From Macrostomum lignano (Eukaryota), in the NCBI GenBank assembly GCA_002269645.1, contig NIVC01000719.1:238020-302019 (forward strand): a DNA stretch of 64,000 nt. The letters run 5' to 3'. The first letter of the stretch is position 1; every line of letters starts with the position of its first letter. The notes below the pieces were generated by a model that was not told where the DNA came from, made no database searches, and saw only the letters and a program-made list of their open reading frames with translations. The translations under genes and the position numbers were made by a program. Positions 1 to 11,338 of the stretch are shown piece by piece.

Positions 1-3000
1 CACCTTCAGATGGTCGAGCTGTTCGGTCACTTTGCGCTCGACTGGACTGTCGCCGAATAGAGGGCCGGCGATGGTGACCAGCCAGGACTGTGGGCGAGAG
101 AGGCAAACATAAAAAACCTTTTAGAAGCGTGGATTTTTTCTAGGAGCTTTTTATTGCGAGACTTGTGCCAAGCTCGTGTGACTTTCCAGTGACCCGTACG
201 ACCTCTCAGTGATTCACGTGACCTCTCCAGTGACTTATGTGACATTCCGGTTTACAGTGACTCATGTAACATCTCCAGTAACCCGTGTGTCCTCCTAGTG
301 ACCAGTGCGTCCTCCCAGTGACCCGTGCGTCCTCCCAGTGACTTGTGTTCTCCCAGTGGCTTGTGTTTTCCCAGTGACTTGTGTTCTCCCAGTGACTTGT
401 GTTCTCCCAGTGGCTTGTGTCCTCCCAGTGACCCGTGCGTCCTCCCAGTGACTTGTGTTCTCCCAGTGGCTTGTGTTCTCCCAGTGACTTGTGTTCTCCC
501 AGTGACTTGTGTTCTCCCAGTGACTTGTGTTCTCCCAGTGACTTGTGTTCTCCCAGTGACTTGTGTTCTCCCAGTGACTTGTGTTCTCCCAGTGACTTGT
601 GTTCTCCCAGTGACTTGTGTCCTCCCAGTGACTTGTGTCCTCCCAGTGACTTGTGTCCTCCCAGTGACTTGTGTTCTCCCAGTGACTTGTGTTCTCCCAG
701 TGACTTGTGTTCTCCCAGTGACTTGTGTTCTCCCAGTGACTTGTGTTCTCCCAGTGACTTGTGTTCTCCCAGTGACTTGTGTTCTCCCAGTGACTTGTGT
801 TCTCCCAGTGACTTGTGTTCTCCCAGTGACTTGTGTTCTCCCAGTGACTTGTGTTCTCCCAGTGACTTGTGTTCTCCCAGTGACTTGTGTTCTCCCAGTG
901 ACTTGTGTTCTCCCAGTGACTTGTGTTCTCCCAGTGACTTGTGTTCTCCCAGTGACTTGTGTTCTCCCAGTGACTTGTGTTCTCCCAGTGACTTGTGTTC
1001 TCCCAGTGACTTGTGTTCTCCCAGTGACTTGTGTTCTCCCAGTGACTTGTGTTCTCCCAGTGACTTGTGTTCTCCCAGTGACTTGTGTTCTCCCAGTGAC
1101 TTGTGTTCTCCCAGTGACTTGTGTTCTCCCAGTGACTTGTGTTCTCCCAGTGACTTGTGTTCTCCCAGTGACTTGTGTTCTCCCAGTGACTTGTGTTCTC
1201 CCAGTGACTTGTGTTCTCCCAGTGACTTGTGTTCTCCCAGTGACTTGTGTTCTCCCAGTGACTTGTGTTCTCCCAGTGACTTGTGTTCTCCCAGTGACTT
1301 GTGTTCTCCCAGTGACTTGTGTTCTCCCAGTGGCCCGTGTGTCCTCCCAGTGGCCCGTGTGTCCTCCCAGTGGCCCGTGTGTCCTCCCAGTGACTTGTGT
1401 CCTCTCAGTGGCCCGTGTGTCCTCCCAGTGGCCCGTGTGTCCTCCCAGTGGCCCGTGTGTCCTCCCAGTGACTTGTGTCCTCTCAGTGGCCCGTGTGTCC
1501 TCCCAGTGGTGCATGCGACCTCGTGAGTGATCTGCATGTTCTAATGTGACCCAAATGAATCAATCGAACATAAAATCACAAAGCATAAAAAACAGGGCCT
1601 CACCAAACTCTCGCTCAGCGTGGCCAACTGCGCCACCTTGCCAATGTCGCTCAGTTCGCGCACATCTCTAGGCATTCTGGCGCCCTGCTCCTGCCGATAG
1701 AACACCTGATCGATGAGGCGGCCAGTCAGCTGACGCAGTCCAGCCTCCGTGGCCACAGCAGCCGGGTCGGACAGCAGCTGCAGGAGGTCCTTGGACACGG
1801 CGGTGCACAGCTGGTCCTGGGTCAGGGCGGACAGGGCAGACTGGCAGGCCCGGCCGAACTGCTGCAGCAGGTCGTGCCCGATGCGCCAAGCACCGTCCGC
1901 TTGGCCGGGCATGGCTCGGCCGTATCTGGCCAGGTCGGACAGGTACGTCTGGCCAAGATGGGAGAAGGGGAAAATGATGGAGGCATTATTTGGTGCAGTG
2001 TGAGATACGGAGAGACAGGGGATATGGGATCAGAGGAGATTAGGAACTGGGGGGAGAGACAGGAGATATGGGATCAGGGGGGATTGGGAACTGGGGAGAC
2101 AGGGGATATGGGATCAGGGGGAGATTGGGAACTGGGGAAGAGACAATGGATATGGGATCAGAGGGGAGATTGGCAACTGGGGAAGAGACAGGGGATATGG
2201 GATCAGAGGGGAGATTGGGAACTGGGAAGAGACAGGGGATATGGGATCAGAGGGGAGATTGGGAACTGGGGAAGAGACAGGGGATATAGGATCAGAGGGG
2301 AGATTGGGAACTGGGGAGAGACAGGGGATATGGGATCAGAGGGGAGATTGGGAACTGGGGAGAGACAGGGGATATGGGATCAGAGGGGAGAGTGGGAACT
2401 GGGGAGAGACAGGGGATATGGGATCAGAGGGGAGAGTGGGAACTGGGGAGAGACAGGGGATATGGGATCAGAGGGGAGAGTGGGAACTGGGGAGACAGGG
2501 GATATGGGATCAGAGGGGATAGTGGGAACTGGGGAGACAGGGGATATGGGATCAGAGGGGAGTGGAAACTGGGGAGACAGGGGATATGGGATCAGGGGGG
2601 GGATTGGGGGGAGTGGGGAACTGGGGAGAGAGACAGGGGATATGGGATCAGGAGGAGATTGGGAACTGGGGGAGGAGACAGGGGATATGGGGATCAGGGG
2701 GAAAGTGGGAAACTTACCTGCAAGGTAACGCAGGACTGCAGCAGCGGGGCTCGAGCCCGGGGCAGCACCAGTCTCAGTGGGTCCTGGCCAGCGCACGGCA
2801 TCATTCGAGAGCGCTCGGTGACTAAAAATACCGCCTGAACGAAGTTCTCGAGCCACGCGGACAGGCCCTACATGTACGAGTGTTGGAATGCGCAGGTGCA
2901 ATTTCCTATTTATAATAATATTAATAATAATAATAATATAATAATAATTGATTTCACCTGCCCCAATGGGCAGATGTGCAACCGACAGCTCAGCCGCAGC

Positions 3001-6000
3001 TATTGCGCGGCGCATCTGAAGGCTGCGTACGGCTGTTCAGTCCAAGGACTGGGGGGTCGCCACACACAGCCTCAATTACCCCAGCTAATGCTGGCACCCA
3101 TTTTACAGCTGGGTGACCTGAAGCAATGCAGAGTTGAGTGTCCTGCTCAAGGACACAAATTGTTACGAGTGGGATCGGGAATCGAACCCCCGACCTTTCA
3201 GTTGTGAGTCCGACGCTCTAACCACTAGGCTACAACCCCCCATTTATAAACACACCATAATACATGCATTCATACTATGCCACTGAAAAGTGCACTATAG
3301 ACTTTAGTCACTGACCTAAGAGTTTTAAAATGGTCTGCTGCCAGCTGGTGATAGCCTACCTGAGTATCTGGGATTGGGTTGCTGGTGGTGACAGCTGGTG
3401 ATAGCCTACCTGAGTATCTGGGATTGGGTTGCTGGTGGTGGTGCCAGCTGGTGATAGCCTACCTGAGTATCTGGGATTGGGTTGCTGGTGGTGGTGCCAG
3501 CTGGTGATAGCCTACCTGAGTATCTGGGATTGGGTTGCTGGTGGTGTGACAGCTGGTGATAGCCTACCTGAGTATCTGGGATTGGGTTGCTGGTGGCAGC
3601 TGGTGATAGCCTACCTGAGTATCTCCTCTGCAATTGAACAGCTTTCAAAACGACCTTGAAAAGTTACCTGAGTGTCAGCCGGATCAATTCTGGCGGAGAA
3701 CATCCGCAGCAGTTCGTGAGCCTCAACAATGTTAGACTGGGCAGCTGGACAGACCAGCGCTAACGGTCGGCGCTGTTTGCCAGGCGAGGCGCCGTCTTTC
3801 TGCTTCTGGGTGCCGGCGCCGTCGGGCTGATCGGAGCCGGCAGCAGCGGCGGCCGCTGCGGCGGCTGCAGCCGCACTGGCGGCGCCGATGGCGTGCGAGC
3901 TGTAGGCAAACCGGAACAGCACGGGAGCCGGCCTGGCGGGGATTTTGCGCCTGCCAAGCAGCTGGTTGAGGTCGAACTGGGCTGGGCCGGCGGCGGCCGC
4001 CGATTCGTAGCTGAGATTCTCGCCGCGAACGTCTAGATAGTCGCCGAGCAGGTCGCGCAGCTGGCTGACTATGGCGGCTAGAGCTGGGTTCTCCTCGGAG
4101 TAGGCAGCCACGGATGGGGACTGGGCCAGGGCCGGACTGCGCAGCACCAGCAGGTTCAAGCGCTTGGCCAGCACCGTGTGGCGGAAGGCCACCTGAGCGA
4201 GGTGGGAGGGGATGTGGGGGTGGAGACTGAGAACAATGATAGGTGTAAGCGCACGTTATCTATACTAGCGTGTTTTAAACGCCTGCCTATTCAAGCGCGC
4301 AATTATCAACGCGCCTCTGTACAAACGCGCAGTTATAAACACGCGACCGCACAAGCGCGGAGATAAAAACGCACATCCGCACAAGCGCGCAATTATAAAC
4401 GCGCATCCACACAAGCGCGCAGATATAAACGCGCATCTACAAAAGAGCGCAACTATAAACGCGCATTCGCACAAGCGCGCAGTTATAAACGCGCATCTGC
4501 ACAAGCGCGCAATTTATAAATGCGCATCCACACAAGCGCGCAGTTACAACCGCGCATCCGCTTCAAGCGCGCAACTATAAACGCGCATCTCCTCCGTCAT
4601 CATTGGGAATAAAATCAACAGTCTCACCTGTTCAAGATGAGCCAACAAATTGGCTATAAAAACTTTGAAAGTTTGCGAAGCGGCCAGAGCCGAGTCCGTA
4701 TGCCTGATGGCAATGTCGCGCAGTGAGGGCATCAGATTGTCCAACACGCTCTGCACAGTTTGGGGCAGCTTGTCCAAACAGCAGGCGGCCTCTAGCAGGC
4801 ACAGGATGGAGTTCACCGACTCGCCATGCTCTGGCGCTGGCACCTGGCTCAGATCTTTGCTAGCCAGACCATCGAAGTCTGCCGAGGCACCTTTGGGGTC
4901 CAGAGCGTACAGCCGGTGAGCCAGGTTTGCCTGCGGGTGGGAAGTCGGTGGGGTTGGTGATATACCTAATATAACTAATTCTCAATCAAAGTCCTAATAC
5001 TAAGCCTAATTAACTAATTTCTCAATCTAACCCCTAATGCTAAGCCTAATTAACTAACTTCTCAATCTAACCCCCAATGCTAAGCCTAATTAACTAACTT
5101 CTCAATCTAACCCCTAATGCTAAGCCTAATTAACTAATTTCTCAATCTAACCCCTAATGCTAAGCCTAATTAACTAATTATAAATCCAGACGCTAATGAT
5201 AAACTAAATAAAATACTTTTTAACAACCCCCAACACCAAGCCTAATTATCTAATTAAAAGTTCAACTTCTACTGCTAAACCTATTTAACCCCTAATTCTA
5301 AGCCTAACGAACGAATTCTACACCTAATCGCAGCCTAATGCTAGAACTCAAAATTCTAATCCAAAATCGAGGTCACTAACACAACATTTTAACAATTTCC
5401 AACAAATCTTATATGCTAAAAATAATAAGACAGTTCAGAGAAGAACACAAAAACACACCTGCAGACTATGAAATATGGTCCGGCTAAGCACGGCCAATTG
5501 AGATTTGGCCGCTAGCAGAGCTTTGACGCCGTGCAATTTTTTGTCTAGGATTCTCTGACTGTCTGTCAGCTCTCTGGCCGCTCCCAGGTAATCGTCTATG
5601 GCCAGACAGGCCTGTTGGATAGTTTATAGCACACGTATAGTAGTAAAGTCCTGAAAAAATTTATTTTCTTATATGTACCTGAATTCGAGCCGGGGCCGAA
5701 CCAACATGCCTTATCCTGGTTAGTAGCTTCACAGATTTGTGCAGCTCAACGTGCCCGGTGTACAGAGACCGGAGCTCGTCGCGTTTCAATTGCAGCAGCT
5801 GGCAGCAGCGGGCCAGATCGCCACGAACGGCGCCGCCGCGAGACTGCGACTGGGCTAGACGGTCGCGCGCGTCGGCGAACAGGTTGATGATGGCAAATAT
5901 GTCGTCGCTGCTCTCTGAATTGGGTGGTGGCGGTAGTAGTAGTAGTATTAGTAGTAGTTGCAGTAGTATTAGTAGTAGTAGTTGCAGTAGTAGTAGTAGT

Positions 6001-6093
6001 AGTAGTTGCAGTAGTAGTAGTAATAATAATAATAATAATAATAATAGTAGTAGTAGTAGTAGTAGTAGTAGTAATAGTAGTAGTAGTAGTAGC

Positions 6094-6147
<54 letters not shown>

Positions 6148-6189
6148 TGGTAGTAGTAGTAGTAGTAGTAGTAGTAGTAATAATAATAA

Positions 6190-6264
<75 letters not shown>

Positions 6265-6277
6265 AAACAGAAGTGGC

Positions 6278-6340
<63 letters not shown>

Positions 6341-6427
6341 AGTAGTAGTAGCAGTAGTAGTAGTACTGCTACTACTACTAGTACTGCTAGTACTAGTACT
6401 ACTAGTACTACGTAGTAGTACTGCTAC

Positions 6428-6485
<58 letters not shown>

Positions 6486-6486
6486 C

Positions 6487-6563
<77 letters not shown>

Positions 6564-6633
6564 CAGTAGTAGTAGAAGTAGTAGTAGTAGTAGAAACAGA
6601 AGTGGCAGTAGTAGTAGTAGTAGTAGTAGTAGC

Positions 6634-6687
<54 letters not shown>

Positions 6688-6792
6688 TGGTAGTAGTAGT
6701 AGTAGTAGTAGTAGTAGTAATAATAATAATAGTAGTAGTAGTAGTAGTAGTAATAATAGTAGTAGTAGCAGTAGTAGTAGTAGTAATATTAA

Positions 6793-6834
<42 letters not shown>

Positions 6835-6871
6835 AAACAGAAGTGGCAGTAGTAGTAGTAGTAGTAGCAGC

Positions 6872-6957
<86 letters not shown>

Positions 6958-7294
6958 TAGTAGTCTTCCTTCACTTCCTTCACTAGTAATATTCAACTCC
7001 CTTACTACTACCAGTAGTAGCAGTTAATTTTTTAAATCTCTATGAATGTACAACAGACTTACTATTGAGCAGTTTATCCAAATTGTGCGAACTGTGGGAG
7101 AACTGCTCTTCAATGCGATTTTCCAAATGCTTCTTGTTCTCCGGATTAGGGCTGCATATTTGCAAAGGTGCAGGCTATAATTATCTGTATAGAAATGTGA
7201 GCAGGTAGAAAACAATAATAAAAGAGCAAACCCAACTTTCTTACTTTCGTATCAAGTCGCGAATTATTTCCAACAAAACATTGTAGGACTCCAT
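1..7294 (-). CDS. EXOC4: Exocyst complex component 4 (Sec8), 5' part, 9 exons; 3' end lies beyond the left edge
   Basis: Exons 7294-7245, 7151-7063, 5914-5679, 5611-5459, 4930-4628, 4192-3668, 2867-2718, 1948-1604, 87-<1 join at GT-AG sites with consistent phases. Peptide motifs match Sec8: MESYNVLLEIIRDL, LLQLKRDELRSLY (human LLHCKRDELRKLW), LLGDYLD (LLTEYLD), LFRFAYSSHAI (LFKFESSSHAI), APLLQS (RPLLQS). Confidence 0.92.
270..1520. repeat. 18-bp minisatellite (CCCAGTGACTTGTGTTCT)n filling an EXOC4 intron
   Basis: Near-perfect tandem copies seen directly; explains the HKSLGE/SPSDLC ORFs. Confidence 0.97.
2000..2700. repeat. G-rich ~33-35-bp minisatellite (GGGGATATGGGATCAGAGGGGAGATTGGGAACTGGGGAGAGACA-like) in an EXOC4 intron
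   Basis: Degenerate tandem copies seen directly. Confidence 0.93.
2909..3240 (-). mobile_element. tRNA-derived SINE with CORE-like central domain and (TTA)n tail
   Basis: Minus strand starts GGGGGTTGTAGCCTAGTGGTTAGAGCG (A box), then GGTTCGATTCCC (B box), then GTGTCCTTGAGCAGGACACTCAACTC...CAGCTGTAAAATGGG resembling the MIR/CORE domain; ends in an ATT/TTA tail at about 2909-2950. Confidence 0.8.
3340..3625. repeat. ~49-bp minisatellite (CTGGTGATAGCCTACCTGAGTATCTGGGATTGGGTTGCTGGTGGTG...) in an EXOC4 intron
   Basis: About six copies seen directly. Confidence 0.9.
4290..4590. repeat. 30-bp CpG-rich minisatellite (ACAAGCGCGCAATTATAAACGCGCATCCAC-like)
   Basis: Degenerate tandem copies in the intron between EXOC4 exons 4628 and 4192. 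Confidence 0.88.
4980..5180. repeat. 40-bp minisatellite (CTAATTAACTAATTTCTCAATCTAACCCCTAATGCTAAGC)n
   Basis: About five copies seen directly. Confidence 0.88.
5930..7020. repeat. (TAG)n microsatellite, ~1.1 kb, with recurring interruptions
   Basis: AGT/TAG triplets with (AAT)n and GAAACAGAAGTGGC interruptions; source of the poly-S/V/L/T/Y ORFs. Confidence 0.98.
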
Positions 7295-7369
7295 CTGCAG
7301 CAGGCAGCCTGGGCTAAAAATACACGAGGTCGAATGGGTTGCACTGTTGAATCTGCGAAAAATAATCTG

Positions 7370-7940
7370 CCTGAATCTGCCTCTCCGCCCCCCTCATTCC
7401 CTGAATCTGCCTCTCCGCCCCCCTCATTCCCTGAATCTGCCTCTCCGCCCCCCTCATTCCCTGAATCTGCCTCTCCGCCCCTCTCATTCCCTGAGTCTGC
7501 CTCTCCGCCCCCCTCATTCCCTGAATCTGCCTCTCCGCCCCCCTCATTCCCTGAATCTGCCTCTCCGCCCCTCTCATTCCCTGAATCTGCCTCTCCGCCC
7601 CTCTCATTCCCTGAGTCTGCCTCTCCGCCCCCCTCATTACCTGAATCTGCCTCTCCGCCCCTCTCATTCCCTGAGTCTGCCTCTCCGCCCCCCTCATTCC
7701 CTGAATCTGCCTCTCCGCCCCCTCATTTCCTGAATCTGCCTTTCTGCCCCCCTCATTTCCTGAATCTGCCTTTCTGCCCCCTCTCAGTCTCTGAATCTGC
7801 CTCTCCGCCCCCCTCATTCCCTGAATCTGCCTCTCCGCCCCCCTCATTCCCTGAATCTGCCTCTCCGCCCCCCCTCATTACCTGAATCTGCCTCTCCGCC
7901 CCCCTCATTCCCTGAATCTGCCTCTCCGCCCCCCTCATTC
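7370..7940. repeat. 30-bp minisatellite (CCTGAATCTGCCTCTCCGCCCCCCTCATTC)n upstream of the EXOC4 ATG
   Basis: Tandem copies seen directly; each unit carries a CCGCCC GC box. Confidence 0.95.
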
Positions 7941-8329
7941 CGTGAATCCGTCTAAAATCCACCGCATCAATCAGTGAGTCTGTCCCATTGTTTTCTATCC
8001 TAAAATTGAATAAACGACTTCAAGAAAATTCTTGTTGATATATTTGATTAAATATTAGAAATTTATTTTGCACATAAGAAATCTGCCACTAACACTATAA
8101 AAGCTAACATTCATAAATGCATTATTCAATGAAGCGTCGGAGTTTTCTTCTGTTAATGCATATCATGTAAGAGCGTACAAGTAGCCTTCGAATCAGGGGG
8201 CTCGAATACACTTGAAGTAATTATTTAAGAACCTGGAATCAAATTTCAGTATGTGGGATCCAATCTGAGGTTCTAGTTAAGGATTTGGGGGTCCTAATTA
8301 GGAATTTGAGGTTCTAGGTAAGAACCTGG

Positions 8330-8605
8330 AGTCCTAATTAGGAATTTGAGGTCCTAGGTAAGAATCTGGGGTCCTAATTAAGAACCTGGGGTCCTAGTTA
8401 AGAACCTGGGGTCCGAGTTAAGAACCTGGGGTCCTAGTTAAGAACCTGGGGTCCGAGTTAAGAACCTGGGGTCCGAGTTAAGAACCTGGGGTCCAAGTTA
8501 AGAACCTGGGGTCCTAGTTAAGAACCTGGGGTCCAAGTTAAGAACCTGGGGTCCCAGTTAAGAACCTGGGGTCCAAGTTAAGAACCTGGGGTCCCAGTTA
8601 AGAAG
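8330..8605. repeat. 20-bp minisatellite (GTTAAGAACCTGGGGTCCTA)n just downstream of the PIGP stop
   Basis: Tandem copies seen directly. Confidence 0.92.
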
Positions 8606-8622
8606 CTAAGAAGATGATTGCG

Positions 8623-9069
8623 TCATTGCTTTTCCCCATTGCAATGAGAATTATTCGACTTCTTGCTACCGCGACACCCGAGCGCTGCCCAGCACGCATC
8701 GGACGCATCGATATCGGCGACAATCGGCAGGGAGCCGCCCGGGGCAGAGCTGGTAGCCCGGCACAACCGGTCGGTCACGTGATCAACCGACTCTAACGGC
8801 CGGCAGGCTCGCCAAGCAACGAAACCGACGCTAAACTCGTAGAGCGCATAAACTAAAGGAATGAGCATGGGGCCGGTGATGGCCCAGTGACGTTCGGGCA
8901 GGTAGGTGAAGCCGCAGGCGCGGAGCCAAGCCTCCGGCAATACAGCCCAGACCAGGTAAGCCGCGAAGCCGAACCAAGCAGCCAGGTGGAGGGCGAAGCC
9001 ATAGACAGCTCGTTCCGGCAGCGGGCCCGGGTAGTGCTCGGGCGGGTTTTGATGATGAGGCTGAGGAGA
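8623..9069 (-). CDS. PIGP: GPI-GlcNAc transferase subunit P (PIG-P); start codon unresolved
   Basis: PGPLPERAVYGFALHLAAWFGFAAYLVWAVLPEAWLRACGFTYLPERHWAI matches PIG-P (PSPLPERAIYGF...YLVWAFIPESWL..LGLTYWPQKYWA). Also PLESVDHVTD and LPIVADI. A phase-0 acceptor TATTCCAG precedes 9069. The ORF-track start at 9099 is GTG, not ATG. Confidence 0.9.
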   Translation of the reverse strand, partial: SPQPHHQNPPEHYPGPLPERAVYGFALHLAAWFGFAAYLVWAVLPEAWLRACGFTYLPERHWAITGPMLIPLVYALYEFSVGFVAWRACRPLESVDHVTDRLCRATSSAPGGSLPIVADIDASDACWAALGCRGSKKSNNSHCNGEKQ

Positions 9070-9289
9070 CTGGAATAGATAACGCGCAATGGTGCACACT
9101 AAAGAATGGCTTATGAGTGCTCCAATGCATTTGATTGTGAGAGCGTTCGTTCTGAAGGTTCTGAGGACTTAATGAGGGCTCTACGAGTATATACCTACTC
9201 AGGGATTTAGGGAGCTACTTCAGGGATTCAGGGACTTACTGAAAGATATAGAGAACTACTGAGTTGTCTATGAACCTATGAGAGATCTA

Positions 9290-10540
9290 AAGATCTACTG
9301 AGGGATCTATGGACCTACTGAGGGATATATAGGGATCTACTGAGGGATATATAGGGATCTACTGAGGGATATATAGGGATCTACTGAGGGATATATATGG
9401 ATCTACTGAGGAATATATAGGGATCTACTAAGGGATATATGGCCCTACTGAGGGATATATAGGGATCTACTGAGGGATATATAGGGATCTACTGAGGGAT
9501 ATGTGGACCTACTGAGGGATATATAGGGATCTACTGAGGGATATATAGGGATCTACTGAGGGATATATGGCCCTACTGAGGGATATATAGGGATCTACTG
9601 AGGGATATATAGGGACCTACTGAGGGATATATGGACCTACTGAGGGATATATAGGGATCTACTGAGGGATATATAGGGATCTACTGAGGGATATATAGGG
9701 ACCTACTGAGGGATATATAGGGATCTACTGAGGGATATATGGACCTACTGAGGGATATATAGGGATCTACTGAGGGATATATAGGGATCTACTGAGGGAT
9801 ATATAGGGACCTACTGAGGGATATATAGGGATCTACTGAGGGATATATAGGGATCTACTGAGGGATATATAGGGATCTACTGAGGGATATATGGACCTAC
9901 TGAGGGATATATAGGGATCTACTGAGGGATATATAGGGATCTACTGAGGGATATATATAGGGATCTACTGAGGGATATATAGGGATCTACTAAGGGATAT
10001 ATAGGGATCTACTGAGGGATATATAGGGATCTACTGAGGGATCTATGGCCCTACTGAGGGATATATAGGGATCTACTGAGGGATATATGGCCCTACTGAG
10101 GGATCTATGGCCCTACTGAGGGATATATAGGGATCTACTGAGGGATATATAGGGATCGACTGAGGGATATATAGGGATCTACTGAGGGATATATAGGGAT
10201 CTACTGAGGGATATATGGACCTACTGAGGGATATATAGGGATCTACTGAGGGATCTATGGCCCTACTGAGGGATATATAGGGATCTAATGAGGGATATAT
10301 GGCCCTACTGAGGGATCTATGGCCCTACTGAGGGATCTATGGCCCTACTGAGAGATCTATGGCCCTACTGAGAGATCTATGGCCCTACTGGGGGATCTAT
10401 GGCCCTACTGAGGGATCTATTGCCCTACTGAGGGATCTATGGCCCTACTGGGGGATCTATGGCCCTACTGGGGGATCTATTGCCCTACTGAGGGATCTAT
10501 GGCCCTACTGGGGGATCTATGGCCCTACTGGGGGATATTA
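9290..10540. repeat. 20-22-bp minisatellite (CTACTGAGGGATATATAGGGAT)n
   Basis: Tandem copies seen directly. Confidence 0.95.
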
Positions 10541-11338
10541 GGGATCTACGGAGGGACCTATAGACCTATTGAGGGATTTAAGAACCTACTCGGGGATTTA
10601 GGGACTTACTGAGGGATCTAGATACCCATTCAGGAAGCTAGGTTCATTTTTGTCTTTCCAAATGGCATCCTCAAATTGGACCTTGGATGCGATATGACAT
10701 CTTGGCGCCAACGAAAAAAACCTAGTCAGGAAGTAGTGGTTAAAAAACGCTGAAAAACGCCAGTAATGGTTAAAACTTAAAATATAACTTAGGCTCATTC
10801 TAAAATTTGTTACAATGCTTAACATCAGATCCAGATTCAATAGACCGTAACCTGGCTTGAAAAATAGAATTAGGAGAGAGAGAGAGAGAGAGAGAGGGGG
10901 AGAGAGATGGATAAACAGTCTGTGGGAGAGTGACTGTACATGCGAACATTTTTGTGGTAGAAAGCGGATAGACCAGAGAGAGGGGGGAGGTGGGGAAGAG
11001 ACGGGAACAGTGAGGTGAGACAGGTGAGCCACGGGATGGAGAACCCCCCTCCCCACCTACACCGGCAGTCTCCCAGCCAGTAAAACAAAGCCAGCTCAGA
11101 CTTGGGCATTCAAAACTACAGCTTTAGCCAACCGCCTACTCAGCAAGTGAAAGAACAGTGCGGGCACGCGTTGCTGTAGACAGGTGAGGAAAGAAAGGAT
11201 GGAGTAGAGAATGAATGCTATGTAAGCTGCAGTCCTGAGCACTAGACAGCGCCATCGGGTAAGGCCTAATCGCAGGATAAACTCACAAAGCAACAGTGTC
11301 AGTGATTAACTAACATTATATTTACTAATTTATTAAAT

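Noticed and set aside
206-1537. Long ORFs with periodic peptides (HKSLGE, VTGRTQ, SPSDLC), and likewise those at 5.9-7.0, 7.3-7.9, 11.7-12.4, 17-19, 33.5-37.1, 40.4-41.6, 51.7-52.4, 61.0-61.5 and 62.4-63.3 kb
   Set aside because: They are stop-free frames of intronic tandem repeats, open in several frames and on both strands, and lie inside introns of recognisable genes.
270-2700. Inverted complementarity between the two arrays flanking EXOC4 exon 1948-1604
   Set aside because: Only about 9 of 13 positions match (ACTGGGAGAACAC vs ACTGGGGAGAGAC), too weak to distinguish from G/C-skew chance.
3165-3240. tRNA gene
   Set aside because: The tRNA-like head runs straight into a SINE body and tail, with no clean acceptor stem or terminator.
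11140-11185. Minus-strand NACPHCSFTC-TGA as a possible selenoprotein/CxxC motif
   Set aside because: The frame closes soon after, with no recognisable family or SECIS; it is probably UTR/promoter DNA between PIGP and the SRPBCC gene.
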